The notes under the pieces: generated by a model
The model's database searches: none
Told to the model about the DNA's origin: nothing
The model's input: the letters and a program-made list of their open reading frames with translations, nothing else
NCBI GenBank assembly: GCA_032718475.1
Contig: JAUCBJ010004774.1
Span: 1 to 64,000 of the forward strand
Direction: 5' to 3'
Length of the DNA stretch: 64,000 nt
Source: Nemertoderma westbladi
Taxonomy: Eukaryota; Animalia; Xenacoelomorpha
Part shown: in pieces, positions 1 to 12,800 of the stretch
Numbering within the stretch: the stretch's first letter is position 1
Layout of the letters: every line of letters starts with the position of its first letter
Translations under genes and position numbers: made by a program

Positions 1-167
1 CTAGAGATGCAAGATGCATGATACATTCTTTGAAATATACATTAATATAATCAAAGTATAATATATAAAATAAAATACGATGCATCGTGCATCTCTAGTG
101 TACGTCAGGAACGATTTTTGCATCTTGCATCGTGCATCTTGCATCTCTAGCTAGTGTGCGGCGGGCC
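1..167. mobile_element. Right end of a PIF/Harbinger-like MITE (runs off the window start)
   Basis: Nested GATGCAAGATGCA / TGCATCTTGCATC inverted motifs, ending CTAGTGTGCGGCGGGCC followed by TAA (Harbinger-type terminus and target site). The left end is not visible. Confidence 0.45.
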
Positions 168-809
168 TAAATTGGGAAACAACAATTTTATAAATAAATA
201 AATTTAACATTTATATTTGTTATTCCAAGCGCTCTTAGGGGCCATACAGCTTTATCAGCTGCATTACTATTATTTATTAGTTTCCAATCAACAGTCAGTT
301 GTATAGGCCTACCGCGACCGGCTTACGGTATGTGTATTGTGTAGGCTGGGGTGTAGGTGTAGGTGTAGTGTTTAGCCTCAAAATAGACGACGAATTTCAT
401 TAAACTTGATAGTTTTGCAGTTGCGAACTATTATTTATATTGTTATCACTAGTGGCGTGCGGTGCACGCGGGATGTAGATCTTCAATCTGCAGAACACTT
501 CTATTAATTAATTAATATACTAATATTTAACTTTTTAAATCACTTTGTTCCTTTAGGCCTGACAATGATCCAATTTTCTAAACCTACGTTTCCCTCTCAT
601 GATTCTAATTACACCAATTATTGTAGTACTACAGTTGAAATCCTAAATTATTACTAAAATTCATTCACCAGGAATTAGTAAGAAATTCACATTCGCCCAT
701 ACCTTGAGTGAGGAGGCTTTCAGCTGTATAAAATATTTAACACACACTAATGCTACCCTATGATGAATTTCAAGTTTGTAAGGAGTGGAGTTTAGGCAGT
801 AAGGCCTAA

Positions 810-1117
810 GCAAACAGTATGGGTGTACTAAGTACACGAAGTGGGGACTTCGCGCAGCACGAAGTTGGCGAAGCCTTAGCGAATTGACACTGTTAGGGGG
901 TGGGTCAATTTATGCAAATAGTTGTCGTTGTCACGTTGGCCCTCTAGCGGCAGACTGGAGAACTGCAGATGGATTCGCCTCCTTTGAAAGTCACAGCTAA
1001 TGGTCTAATACATCTCTCAAAAATCTCAACTTTTGCTCATATTGATACCTACAAATTTTCAACTTGGCAGCTTTAAATCCGACAAAGTTATTAGCATGTC
1101 AAAATCGTAACGACGAC

Positions 1118-1149
<32 letters not shown>

Positions 1150-1256
1150 CGACAACGACGACGACGACGACGACGACAACTATTTGCATAAATTGACCCA
1201 CCCCCTAACAGTGTCAATTCGCTAAGGCTCCGCCAACTTCGTGGCTCGCCCCACAA
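810..1256 (-). mobile_element. Helentron-associated non-autonomous element (HINE/DINE-1-like)
   Basis: ~72-bp inverted repeat (about 858-930 vs 1172-1243), internal (ACG)n microsatellite at 1109-1180, and terminal hairpin GTGTAC-TAA-GTACAC at 823-837. Its termini TTGTGGGGCGAG...CGCGAAGTCCCCAC are shared with the element at 33653-34300. Confidence 0.7.
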
Positions 1257-1587
1257 TAATCTTGGCAACCTCATCGATTTATACTAAGCCTGAGTAGAAA
1301 TCCATTACATAAGCCATTTTTCATCATGAACACCAGCTGTTATTGGTGTAATTTTACCTTTGCGTCTATGGCACTTTTCGTTTATTTCATTTTTTGCAAA
1401 AACTAATGACTGTTTTTTTTCTGAAAATTGCTTTATACTCCCATACAGACCATACACTACAGGAGGGTAAAAAACAACACAATTGACCGGATAGTTTCGG
1501 AGCCTTTCGTGTGACAAACAGAAACACGATTTTCTTACAGTAAGTAAATCTGAAGATTTACAAATAATTTTTCCTTATTTTCACTAG

Positions 1588-1783
1588 TGACCGCTTCCGA
1601 ACTGCTACCAACGTGTTGGGTGACTCATACGGGGCCGCTATAGTCCAGCATCTATGTCAGGACGAACTGTCCAAGCTGGACGCTGCGAAGCCGCCAGAGG
1701 ACGCGGATGCGGAGTCGGATTCCGGTGCGGGGGGCGACGAGGACGGAGTTGTGGTAAAGATGGAGGAGGACACTAAATGCTAG
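1588..1783 (+). CDS. Last coding exon of an SLC1-family (EAAT-like) glutamate/amino-acid transporter
   Basis: After acceptor TTTTCACTAG it reads DRFRTATNVLGDSYGAAIVQHLCQDEL...EEDTKC*, which matches the SLC1A TM8 motif DRxRTxxNVLGDxxGAxIVxHL. An AT-rich 3' UTR follows. Confidence 0.9.
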
Positions 1784-4473
1784 AAAATACAGCCTAACTG
1801 AACGATGATTGGAGTTGCTATAACAACATCAACAAGGTGCATTCTATGCATTACCTATACCGAATAAAAAATATATATTAACACCGTCTCAATTGAAAAG
1901 GACCAGCTAATTTATTGTGGTTGAACATACGGTTGTGTGTGAAATGTCCAGCATTCATGTTTAATGTCTATACCAATAGTGTCTGCCTTGTGCAGTAAAG
2001 GACAGTTTATCATTACTATATGACATGCAGCTTATTAATTACGTTTGGTATATGTTTTGTTAACGTTTTGCGCAGTTTGTTGCATTGGCTTAGCATTTAA
2101 TGTATAGCAATGTACCCATTAAAGTAATTGTTTGTACACTTATATATAATAAAAGATAATTATTTACAAATTTTAACTTTGAAACTAAGTAAAGATGTTT
2201 CATTATTACCATATATTGTAATTGTATTACATGTATTGTAATATACTGCACATTTTGTATAATGACAACTAGAGACGTACAATATTGTTTTCCGTGTAGT
2301 TTTGTGCTTTTTTTCCGTCCATATTTTTCGATGGGTATTTAGTCATTTCGTCACAATTTTTGGTAATGGTTAGCTATTATTTCTTCTATGTTATTAGTTG
2401 TAAATCTCATGTCTATATAAAGGGTCTATTATAGTCGATATCTACCGTATATATATATATGTTTGTCTAACAGCCCGAGTAACTATTAAAGAATGTGCAA
2501 TGCTATAACATTTATTGGAGGATTAACGTTTATATCTAACTGCGATTAATTTACCAACTAATATTCGAGTTTTACATAATGATTTGTGATATAAGATCAA
2601 CTTACTAGTAAAGGTACTTACAGATACTTACTAAGTGATGTAATTTAATAATAATAATATAATGTGTACTTTACGTGACGGTAATATAAATGAAATGTTT
2701 TGCTTTTGTTTGGTCTGCATTTTGTTTTGATGTTTTTAAGAAATACGAAATATTTCAGATATTATATTAATCGTATATAAATATTACAGATAATATTGAA
2801 GAGTTTGCGCTTTTTTTATTTATAATAACTTAATTCTGTAACATTTGGCTTTATGTTTTTATTGTTGAATTCAGAATTATTGATGAAGTTATTTAGGAAA
2901 AAAATGTTAAAATTTTTAGGTTTTTCCACAATGTTATTGTAGATATCCCAGACGAAATTATGCAATGTAACATAAATATTTAATATTTATTTAACTTGCT
3001 TACATTGTGCATTTTCATTATAGTTGCAGCCTTGCAATACAACCTACTAACTGTTGTTTATTGAACTGGAATCGGGAATCTTGACATCGATATTACTTAA
3101 TATAGATATTTACTTACGAGTAAACAAAGTATATCTACGTGAATGAATTTTAACAAATTTATTAAATAAAATGATTAATTTCACTTTAATTGTAATTAAA
3201 TTTATTATAATTTTTTTTATATTCAGAATAAAAAAGATATATATAGTAATAATATTAATTCATCTCAATGTAAAATGTTCCAAATTATGGATTATAACTG
3301 TTCCACAATTTTTGTAGATTTTTTGTTTTATTAGTGTAATGAAAAATTTAAAAATATTGGTTAGTCTAATAAAATGAGGCCCTGATAATATGCCAAGAGT
3401 GAAATAAACATAGCTTAGCAAATAATGAATATTTTACGTCACAATAATGTGTAACACAAAAATATATACGAAACCAGTATGGTAAGTAACAATGATTTGT
3501 AACATATAGTCAATTATATTGTGTTGTAGATGTAATTTAGACTAATTAGTTAGGATTCGAAACTTATAAATTTACTTCTATAAGAATTTTTAGAATAATA
3601 TTCCTATATTATATAAATTACATATAATCATTATTGTTTTGATTCTACTTTTTTACGATTACAATTAAATGTTTAATGTTCTTTTCAATGGTTAAAATAT
3701 TGACGTCAATTAGTTTAGACGTATCATAATTAAATGGATTTATAGTTTCACTTGAGCGGTTTTTACACTTTTACTTGGAATCTAGTCTCCTTGTTCAGTG
3801 AACCCTAATATTTATACAAAACGTAAATCGAACTCATAAAATCTGAAGCGGTGATAGTTAAAACTCTCCGAGTTTGTGGGTGAGTCAACATGTTTATTTT
3901 CGTTTTCATTCTCATGTTTGAAGCGGTTAAAAAGGTGTCTGCAGTTGTGTGTTTCTGTTATTTGTCAACGAAATTCGGATATTTTTAGGTATTTAGAATC
4001 TCTGCCACGACATCATTCCAGCGGTACTAACGATAAAACTTTGTTGAAGTGCGACTCGTGTAATATAAACAGAGATACTTATTTTAAACGATTGTTACTA
4101 AAGATTGGAAGCTATAAAAGTTCTGATTTACCCAGGAAGAATAGCGAAGTCGAAATATCACCGTTTCAAATTTTGTACACAATTTTCATCTTATTACAAT
4201 TTGTATAAAAAAGGGGTGGGGGGGGGGGGGTAACTGAATTAAGACACTATATTCCGGGACATCGTGTAAGTTGGTGTATCATATTTGAAATTGCTGATTT
4301 AGTGTGAATTTTTATTTGCTTTTAATGTCGAACATCAAACATCTTTTTAGTTATGTATTTTCCGATTATAGTTTAAATGAAAATGCAATTGTTTTTGAAA
4401 ATATAAACGATTCTAAAACAAAATTTGATTTTAAGTTAAATGATAATTTTTATCTTCAAACAAGTCTGTATCA

Positions 4474-5235
4474 CCTGTATCAAATCATGTAATAAGTCAA
4501 TACCACCTGTATCAACCACCCTCCGTGAACGCAGATTAAGATTCAGTGGGCACTGCTGGCGAAGTAAAGACGAGGTCATACCAGATCTACTTCTCTGGCA
4601 ACCAACTCATGGAAAGCGTAGTCGTAGACGACCTGCCATAACATATATAGATCAACTTGAAAGGGATACTGAACTTGGGAGAAACGAAATTGCGACAACT
4701 ATGGAGAATCTGGAAGCCTGGAAGGATCTCATTTCCACTGTCCGAGTTCGCTCAACCTAGTAGTAGTTAGAGAATCGGGAAGCCTGGAAGGATCTCATTT
4801 CCACTGTCCGAGTTCGCTCGACCTAGTAGTAGTTGGAGAATCGGGAAGCCTGGAAGGATCTCATTTCCGCTGTCCGAGTTCGCTCGACCTAGTAGTAGTT
4901 GGAGAATCGGGAAGCCTGGAAGGATCTCATTTCCACTGTCCGAGTTCGCTCGACCTTGTAGTAGTTTGAGAATCGGGAAGCCTGGAAGGATCTCATTTCC
5001 GCTGTCCGAGTTCGCTCGACCTAGTAGTAGTTGGAGAATCGGGAAGCCTGGAAGGATCTCATTTCCACTGTCCGAGTTCGCTCGACCTAGTAGTAGTTGG
5101 AGAATCGGGAAGCCTGGAAGGATCTCAGTTCCACTGCCCGAGTTCGCTCGACCTAGTAGTAGTTGGAGAATCGGGAAGCCTGGAAGGATCTCATTTCCAC
5201 TGTCCGAGTTCGCTCGACCTAGTAGTAGTAGTAGT
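4474..5235 (+). mobile_element. 5'-truncated RTE-clade LINE 3' end with (TAG)n tail and tandemly reiterated terminus
   Basis: ORF end LRERRLRFSGHCWR...LLLWQP..GKRSRRRP...YIDQL is typical of the RTE C-terminus. A 12-bp TSD AAGTCTGTATCA lies at 4462-4473 and 5236-5247. Confidence 0.85.
4702..5235 (+). repeat. 66-bp tandem repeat, 8 copies (terminal segment of the LINE plus TAG tail)
   Basis: The unit TTGGAGAATCGGGAAGCCTGGAAGGATCTCATTTCCACTGTCCGAGTTCGCTCGACCTAGTAGTAG is read directly. Confidence 0.95.
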
Positions 5236-6054
5236 AAGTCTGTATCATAATGCAATTCCGGCCTTGCGTGGTATGATAGGCATTGTGTTTGCTGTGGTTG
5301 GGTGAGGCTCTTCCTAGAATCTCCATTAGATTTATAAACGATTACGGGGGGGGGGGGGGGGGGGTGGTGTGGGGAGCAGAAGGGTGCGGTTGGCAGAGTA
5401 GGCCAGTATAGGCGAAGCAGAACCTTATCGCCCCTGGAACTTTATCGCCCCTATATATTGCATTTTTGTTTCGGGTTAGGTACTCCATGTTACCGCTTAA
5501 AAGATATTATTTATTACTTATTATCACTCTGTCTGTCTATATAGAATAACGGGTTCGAGCACAACGGAGAGGGAGAGAGAGGAATATTTTTTTATAGGTA
5601 TAGAGAACATTGATATATAGACATCACAAGGAATTTGAGCTGAGAGCCGAATAGATGCCAAACTTAAAATCGAATAGAAATCAATTATGGAAATCTCAGA
5701 AAGTAATTTTCTCTCAAATAATAACAATCCTCTGCAAATCCGTTAATCTCCAGAATTTTTTAATCGTTTTAATAAGAAATTGGTCCGGTTTTCAAGCTTT
5801 GGAATTTAATCGTGTTGAGTAATTAATTTATCGTAGATATTTGATTAGTGCAGGGGATTATTGGCATTTTCGTCGTCACGTTAGTTAGGGTCGGTAAATA
5901 TTCGAAACTGTTTTATGTGTATAAATGCCACCATCAACTGCATTGATAACTTGACTCGCATGCATTTAAAACTATTTAAATTTAAATTTGGCTATTTATT
6001 CAAAAATTTAAACATTTCTTACATATGTCAATTACAATAATATCAAATTATGTT

Positions 6055-6540
6055 TAACTTTATAGTTGCAAGTAATATATTATAGTCGCTCATTCAAATT
6101 ATAATCCGCTGAAAAAACTTTATAGCCCGCACACTCAACTTTATAGTCCGCTCACAATACTTTATAGTCCGACACAAAACTTTATAATCCTATCTCAAAA
6201 CTAAAATAGTCCGCTTATACAAATTTACAATCCGCTCATAACTTTATAGTACGATGACGTAACCCAATTCTATAGTCCGCACACTCTACTTTATAATCCA
6301 CCCATATAACTTTATAGACCGATACCACAACTTAGCTCACACATCATAGTCCGCTCATAAAGCTTTATAGTACGCTCACAATTTTTTATTGTCCGCTCAC
6401 GCAACTTTATAATCCTACCAACATAACTTTATAGTCCGATCACACAACTTAGCCCACTCTCAATGCTTTTTTTTCTCCGCTCACATAACGTAAATAGCCC
6501 GCTCATATAGATTTGCCGCTCACAACTTTATAGTCCGCAT
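6055..6540. repeat. Degenerate ~20-bp minisatellite upstream of the PKD1-like gene
   Basis: Recurrent ACTTTATAGTCCGCTCA core with many substitutions. Confidence 0.8.
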
Positions 6541-6770
6541 AAACAATTCACTAACCTCAACTATTATATCGATTAAATATATTATGTTATAATAGTTGTT
6601 CTAACGTATGCCTATATATATATAAGTTCATAGTGGTGTATAATAGTGTAGGCCCCATGGTTACCATGGTAACCAAACGTTGATGTTCTAAACAAATAAA
6701 CCATTTTAATGGGATTGTAGTATCATTGTATATTACTTATAAACGAATTCCAGTAGTCAACGCAATAATT

Positions 6771-6867
6771 ATGGAAGTTTCATTTATTTTATGCGGTCTC
6801 ATGCTAGCGGGATTGTTTTATAAGGTAGAAAATTTGGTTGCAGTACCAAATTACCCATCAACAACAG
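6771..6867 (+). CDS. PKD1-like gene exon 1: signal peptide
   Basis: [32 protein letters not shown], donor CAG/GTAATT, phase 1. Confidence 0.7.
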
Positions 6868-9800
6868 GTAATTAATATTAGTGTAGTCTAGTCTAATACA
6901 AGAATGCTACGCCGGGTTCACTGTGTCAAGTACAATGCACACATCTCCTACCACAGACTATATAACATTGGAGGTGTCTTATTGGTACCCCCAAGCTTGA
7001 CACTTGGACACAGTAATTATATTTAATTTGATTACCAATAGGGTTTTGCATCGCTCGCCCGGACGACACGTACGGAATTGCTCCCTGTCTTGATTTCTAC
7101 TACAGCTGCACCGGACAAGACAATGCGGACAAAGTAAACTGCCCTGATAACGAAATATTCGACCTCGATACCTCCACATGTGTTGCCAAGACAACAATGG
7201 AACATAAATGTTTCCGTGAGTAAATTACAACTGAATTATATTTTCAATTTTCATACTTACATTTATAGTTGTTTGCTAAAACCCTTACTGAACACATGCA
7301 CAGTATATGCAAAAGCATTTGTCGAAAACACAAAAATACATTAACTTCTCTAATGTTGAAAAAAAAATGTAGGCCTACAGTATAACAAGAATTTCACATT
7401 TATCTAAATTTACATAGGCCCATAACATATTTTTCCTGAAATTGTTGATAGTGTATTTCTATAATACAGTACTAGAGACGGGCCTAGCGGCCCGTGAAGC
7501 AAGTCGTAGGAGACAGTACGAGTCAAGTAAAAGCTTTTTGTTCTGTCTGATAATCAATTAGTGTGAGGGTAGTCCTGGTGGTGTAGGAAAAATTTTCTAG
7601 ACAACTTCAAACTATAATTATTATGTTGTAATCATCTAATGAATTATAAAAGCTGTTGTGATTATAGAAGATAGAGAAAGCAGTTAGCGAAATGATTATT
7701 TTGTTCTATTAAGATTAATTTTAGATTTAGATTGTTCTTTAAGTTTGCTTTTGGCCTATAATCTTTATGATAGTGGAGAAAAGTCTTGTTTATGGTTGTT
7801 GTTTTTCAATTAGACGAATGCAGCGGATGGCATAAAATTAAAACTGCAACTGCGAGTGGAAACGAGGTAAAGTTTGATATGACGTCATTCACCGACCTGG
7901 CGACACTTTATACTGAAATGTGTCTCAATCCACAAGCTCTCGATGTCTACCTAAATGTCAATGTCGATGTTGGTGCTGGTAGGTGATCTCCTCATTAAGT
8001 TCAAAAATTACAAATTAAGTTACTTATAAGTGTACAATATATGAAACAATTCCTTTATTATTCCATGTTCCACTACAAATGAAACAATTCCTTTATTATT
8101 CCATGTTCCACTACATATGAAACAATTCCTTTATTATTCCAGGTTCCACTACATATGAAACAATTCCTTTATTATTCCATGTTCCACTACATATGAAACA
8201 ATTCCTTTATTATTCCAGGTTCCACTACATATGAAACAATTCCTTTATTATTCCAGGTTCCACTATAAATGAAACAATTCCTTTATTATTCCATGTTCCA
8301 CTATAAATGAAACAATTCCTTTATTATTCCATGTTCCACTACAAATGAAACATTTCCTTATTCAATTATTATTAATTCCTTATTTATTCCAGGTTCCACT
8401 ATAAATGAAACAATTCCTTTTTTATTCCAGGTTCCACTACATATGAAACAATTCCTTTATTATTCCATGTTCCACTATAAATGAAACAATTCCTTTATTA
8501 TTCCATGTTCCACTACATATGAAACAATTCCTTTATTATTCCAGGTTCCACTATAAATGAAACAATTCCTTTATTATTCCAGGTTCCACTACATATGAAA
8601 CAATTCCTTTATTATTCCAGGTTCCACTATAAATGAAACAATTCCTTTATTATTCCATGTTCCACTACATATGAAACAATTCCTTTATTATTCCAGGTTC
8701 CACTATAAATGAAACAATTCCTTTATTATTCCAGGTTCCACTACATATGAAACAATTCCTTTATTATTCCAGGTTCCACTATAAATGAAACAATTCCTTT
8801 ATTATTCCATGTTCCACTACATATGAAACAATTCCTTTATTATTCCAGGTTCCACTATAAATGAAACAATTCCTTTATTATTCCAGGTTCCACTACATAT
8901 GAAACAATTCCTTTATTATTCCAGGTTCGACTATATCTGTCACTCGACCAGCATGGATGACCACGAGTGCATTTGCTTCCTATGGTGAGACGGTCGGTTT
9001 TAGTTGCCGCGATGCCCAACAAATTGTATCAGCAGGGCAGAAATGTTACAATTCTTACACAGTGATGATGTGCTGTAAGAATGAACATGGTGCGTCATTT
9101 TCGGATAAATTCACAATAAATAATATATAATTATTATTTGCCTACATACAAATTCAGAATTCTAAAAAATTACCCTGCGAAACTAGATTCAGAATAAAGG
9201 AAGAAATTGAAACTTGAGATTTCACTGAATCTCTTTAAATTTTAGATGTTGTAATTTTTGCATGCATTGTTTAGGCCCACATTCTTTTTAAGTGACTGAT
9301 CATTGTGATATCAGCCTGCGATGCTGATGGGAGGGGATCGAATGGGGGTGTGGAGTTACTGCTATTTCACATACAAATTCATTATCAAATAACTTGACAT
9401 ATTTTCATATCATATTTTAAAAACTATTGATTAACTTTGTATATATTATATTGTTCTAGAACGGGACTGCAGTTCTGTGGCGAATGCCTACTGTTGGGAC
9501 TTTGAAACAGTCGGAGATAACGCCATCTATGAGAAAGTATTCACTTACAGCGGAGTAGAGCAGCCGGATGGTTCGCCGTTCTATAGAGTAAGTACCAATA
9601 CGTATATCCGAAGTGGGGTGAGAAAGGATGATGCAAATCGGCTATCATTGGCTGTTAAAAATATTTTGTTACATAAAAACCCAAATTTATAATGAATTAC
9701 AACAATTTCTTCAAATATCCAACAAAACATCAACTTCAGACTAGGAACACCGAACACCACCTCTTTTGTATTCTGACTAGGAACACTACCTCTTTCGTAT

Positions 9801-12800
9801 TCTGACTAGGAATACCACCTCTTTCGTATTCTGACTAGGAATACCACCTCTTTTGTATTCTGACTAGGAATACCACCTCTTTCGTATTCTGACTAGGAAT
9901 ACCACCTCTTTTGTATTCTGACTAGGAATACCACCTCTTTCGTATTCTGACTAGGAATACCACCTCTTTCGTATTCTGACTAGGAATACCACCTCTTTTA
10001 TATTCTGACTAGGAATACCACCTCTTTCGTATTCTGACTAGGAATACCACCTCTTTCATATTCTGACTAGGAATACCACCTCTTTTGTATTCTGACTAGG
10101 AATACCACCTCTTTTGTATTCTGACTAGGAATACTACCTCTTTTGTGTTCTGACTAGGAATACCACCTCTTTTGTATTCTGACTAGGAATACCACCTCTT
10201 TTGTATTCTGACTAGGAATACCACCTCTTTTGTATTCTGACTAGGAATACTACCTCTTTTGTGTTCTGACTAGGAATACCACCTCTTTCGTATTCTGACT
10301 AGGAATACCACCTCTTTTGTATTCTGACTAGGAATACCACCTCTTTCGTATTCTGACTAGGAATACCACCTCTTTTGTATTCTGACTAGGAACACCACCT
10401 CTTTCGTATACTGACTAGGAATACCACCTCTTTTGTATTCTGACTAGGAATACCACCTCTTTCGTATACTGACTAGGAATACCACCTCTTTTGTATTCTG
10501 ACTAGGAATACCACCTCTTTTGTATTCTGACTAGGAACACCACCTCTTTCGTATACTGACTAGGAATACCACCTCTTTTGTATTCTGACTAGGAATACCA
10601 CCTCTTTCGTATACTGACTAGGAATACCACCTCTTTTGTATTCTGACTAGGAATACCACCTCTTTTGTATTCTGACTAGGAACACCATCTATTTTGTATT
10701 CTGACTAGGAACACCGAACAGCACCTCTTTTGTATACTGACTAGGAATACCACCTCTTTCGTATTCTGACTAGGAATACCACCTCTTTCGTATTCTGACT
10801 AGGAATACCACCTCTTTCGTATTCTGACTAGGAATACCACCTCTTTCGTATTCTGACTAGGAATACCACCTCTTTCGTATTCTGACTAGGAATACCACCT
10901 CTTTTGTATTCTGACTAGGAATACCACCTCTTTTGTATTCTGACTAGGAACACCGAACAGCACCTCTTTTATATTCTGACTAGGAATACCACCTCTTTCG
11001 TATACTGACTAGGAATACCACCTCTTTCGTATTCTGACTAGGAATACCACCTCTTTCGTATTCTGACTAGGAATACCACCTCTTTCGTATTCTGACTAGG
11101 AATACCACCTCTTTCGTATTCTGACTAGGAATACCACCTCTTTCGTATTCTGACTAGGAATACCACCTCTTTCGTATTCTGACTAGGAATACCACCTCTT
11201 TTATATTCTGACTAGGAATACCACCTCTTTCGTATTCTGACTAGGAATACCACCTCTTTCGTATTCTGACTAGGAATACCACCTCTTTTGTATTCTGACT
11301 AAGAATACAACCTCTTTTGTGTTCTGACTAGGAATACCACCTCTTTTGTATACTGACTAGGAATACCACCTCTTTTGTATTCTGACTAAGAATACAACCT
11401 CTTTTGTGTTCTGACTAGGAATACCACCTCTTTTGTATACTGACTAGGAATACCACCTCTTTCGTATTCTGACTAGGAATACCACCTCTTTTATATTCTG
11501 ACTAGGAACACCATCTATTTTGTATTCTGACTAGGAACACCACCTCTTTCGTATTCTGACTAGGAACACCACCTCTTTTGTATTCTGACTAGGAACACCA
11601 CCTCTTTTGTATTCTGACTAGGAACACCACCTCTTTTGTATTCTGACTAGGAACACCACCTCTTTTGTATTCTGACTAGGAACACCACCTCTTTCGTATT
11701 CTGACTAGGAACACCACCTCTTTTGTATTCTGACTAGGAACACCATCTCTTTTGTATTCTGACTAGGAATACCACCTCTTTTATATTCTGACTAGGAATA
11801 CCACCTCTTTCGTATTCTGACTAGGAATACCACCTCTTTCGTATTCTGACTAGGAACACCACCTCTTTTGTATTCTGACTAGGAACACCATCTCTTTTGT
11901 ATTCTGACTAGGAATACCACCTCTTTTATATTCTGACTAGGAATACCACCTCTTTCGTATTCTGACTAGGAACACCACCTCTTTCGTATTCTGACTAGGA
12001 ACACCACCTCTTTTGTATTCTGACTAGGAATACCACCTCTTTTGTGTTCTGACTAGGAACACCATCTCTTTTGTATTCTGACTAGGAACACCACCTCTTT
12101 TGTGTTCTGACTAGGAACACCGAACACCACCTCTTTTGTATTCTGACTAGGAACACCACCTCTTTTGTATTCTGACTAGGAACACCATCTATTTTGTATT
12201 CTGACTAGGAACACCACCTCTTTTGTATTCTGACTAGGAACACCATCTATTTTGTATTCTGACTAGGAACACCACCTCTTTTGTATTCTGACTAGGAACA
12301 CCATCTATTTTGTATTCTGACTAGGAACACCACCTCTTTTGTATTCTGACTAGGAACACCATCTCTTTTGTATTCTGACTAGGAATACCACCTCTTTTGT
12401 ATTCTGACTAGGAATACCACCTCTTTTGTATTCTGACTAGGAACACCACCTCTTTCGTATTCTGACTAGGAACACCACCTCTTTTGTATTCTGACTAGGA
12501 ACACCACCTCTTTTGTATTCTGACTAGGAACACCACCTCTTTTGTATTCTGACTAGGAACACCATCTCTTTTGTATTCTGACTAGGAACACCATCTATTT
12601 TGTATTCTGACTAGGAACACCACCTCTTTTGTATTCTGACTAGGAACACCATCTCTTTTGTATTCTGACTAGGAATACCACCTCTTTTATATTCTGACTA
12701 GGAATACCACCTCTTTCGTATTCTGACTAGGAATACCACCTCTTTCGTATTCTGACTAGGAATACCACCTCTTTTGTGTTCTGACTAGGAACACCATCTC

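Noticed and set aside
1059-1274. Arg-rich protamine-like ORF
   Set aside because: Translation of the (ACG)n microsatellite in the HINE-like element.
4767-5255. Repetitive 162-aa and 94-aa ORFs
   Set aside because: By-products of the 66-bp (multiple of 3) tandem repeat.
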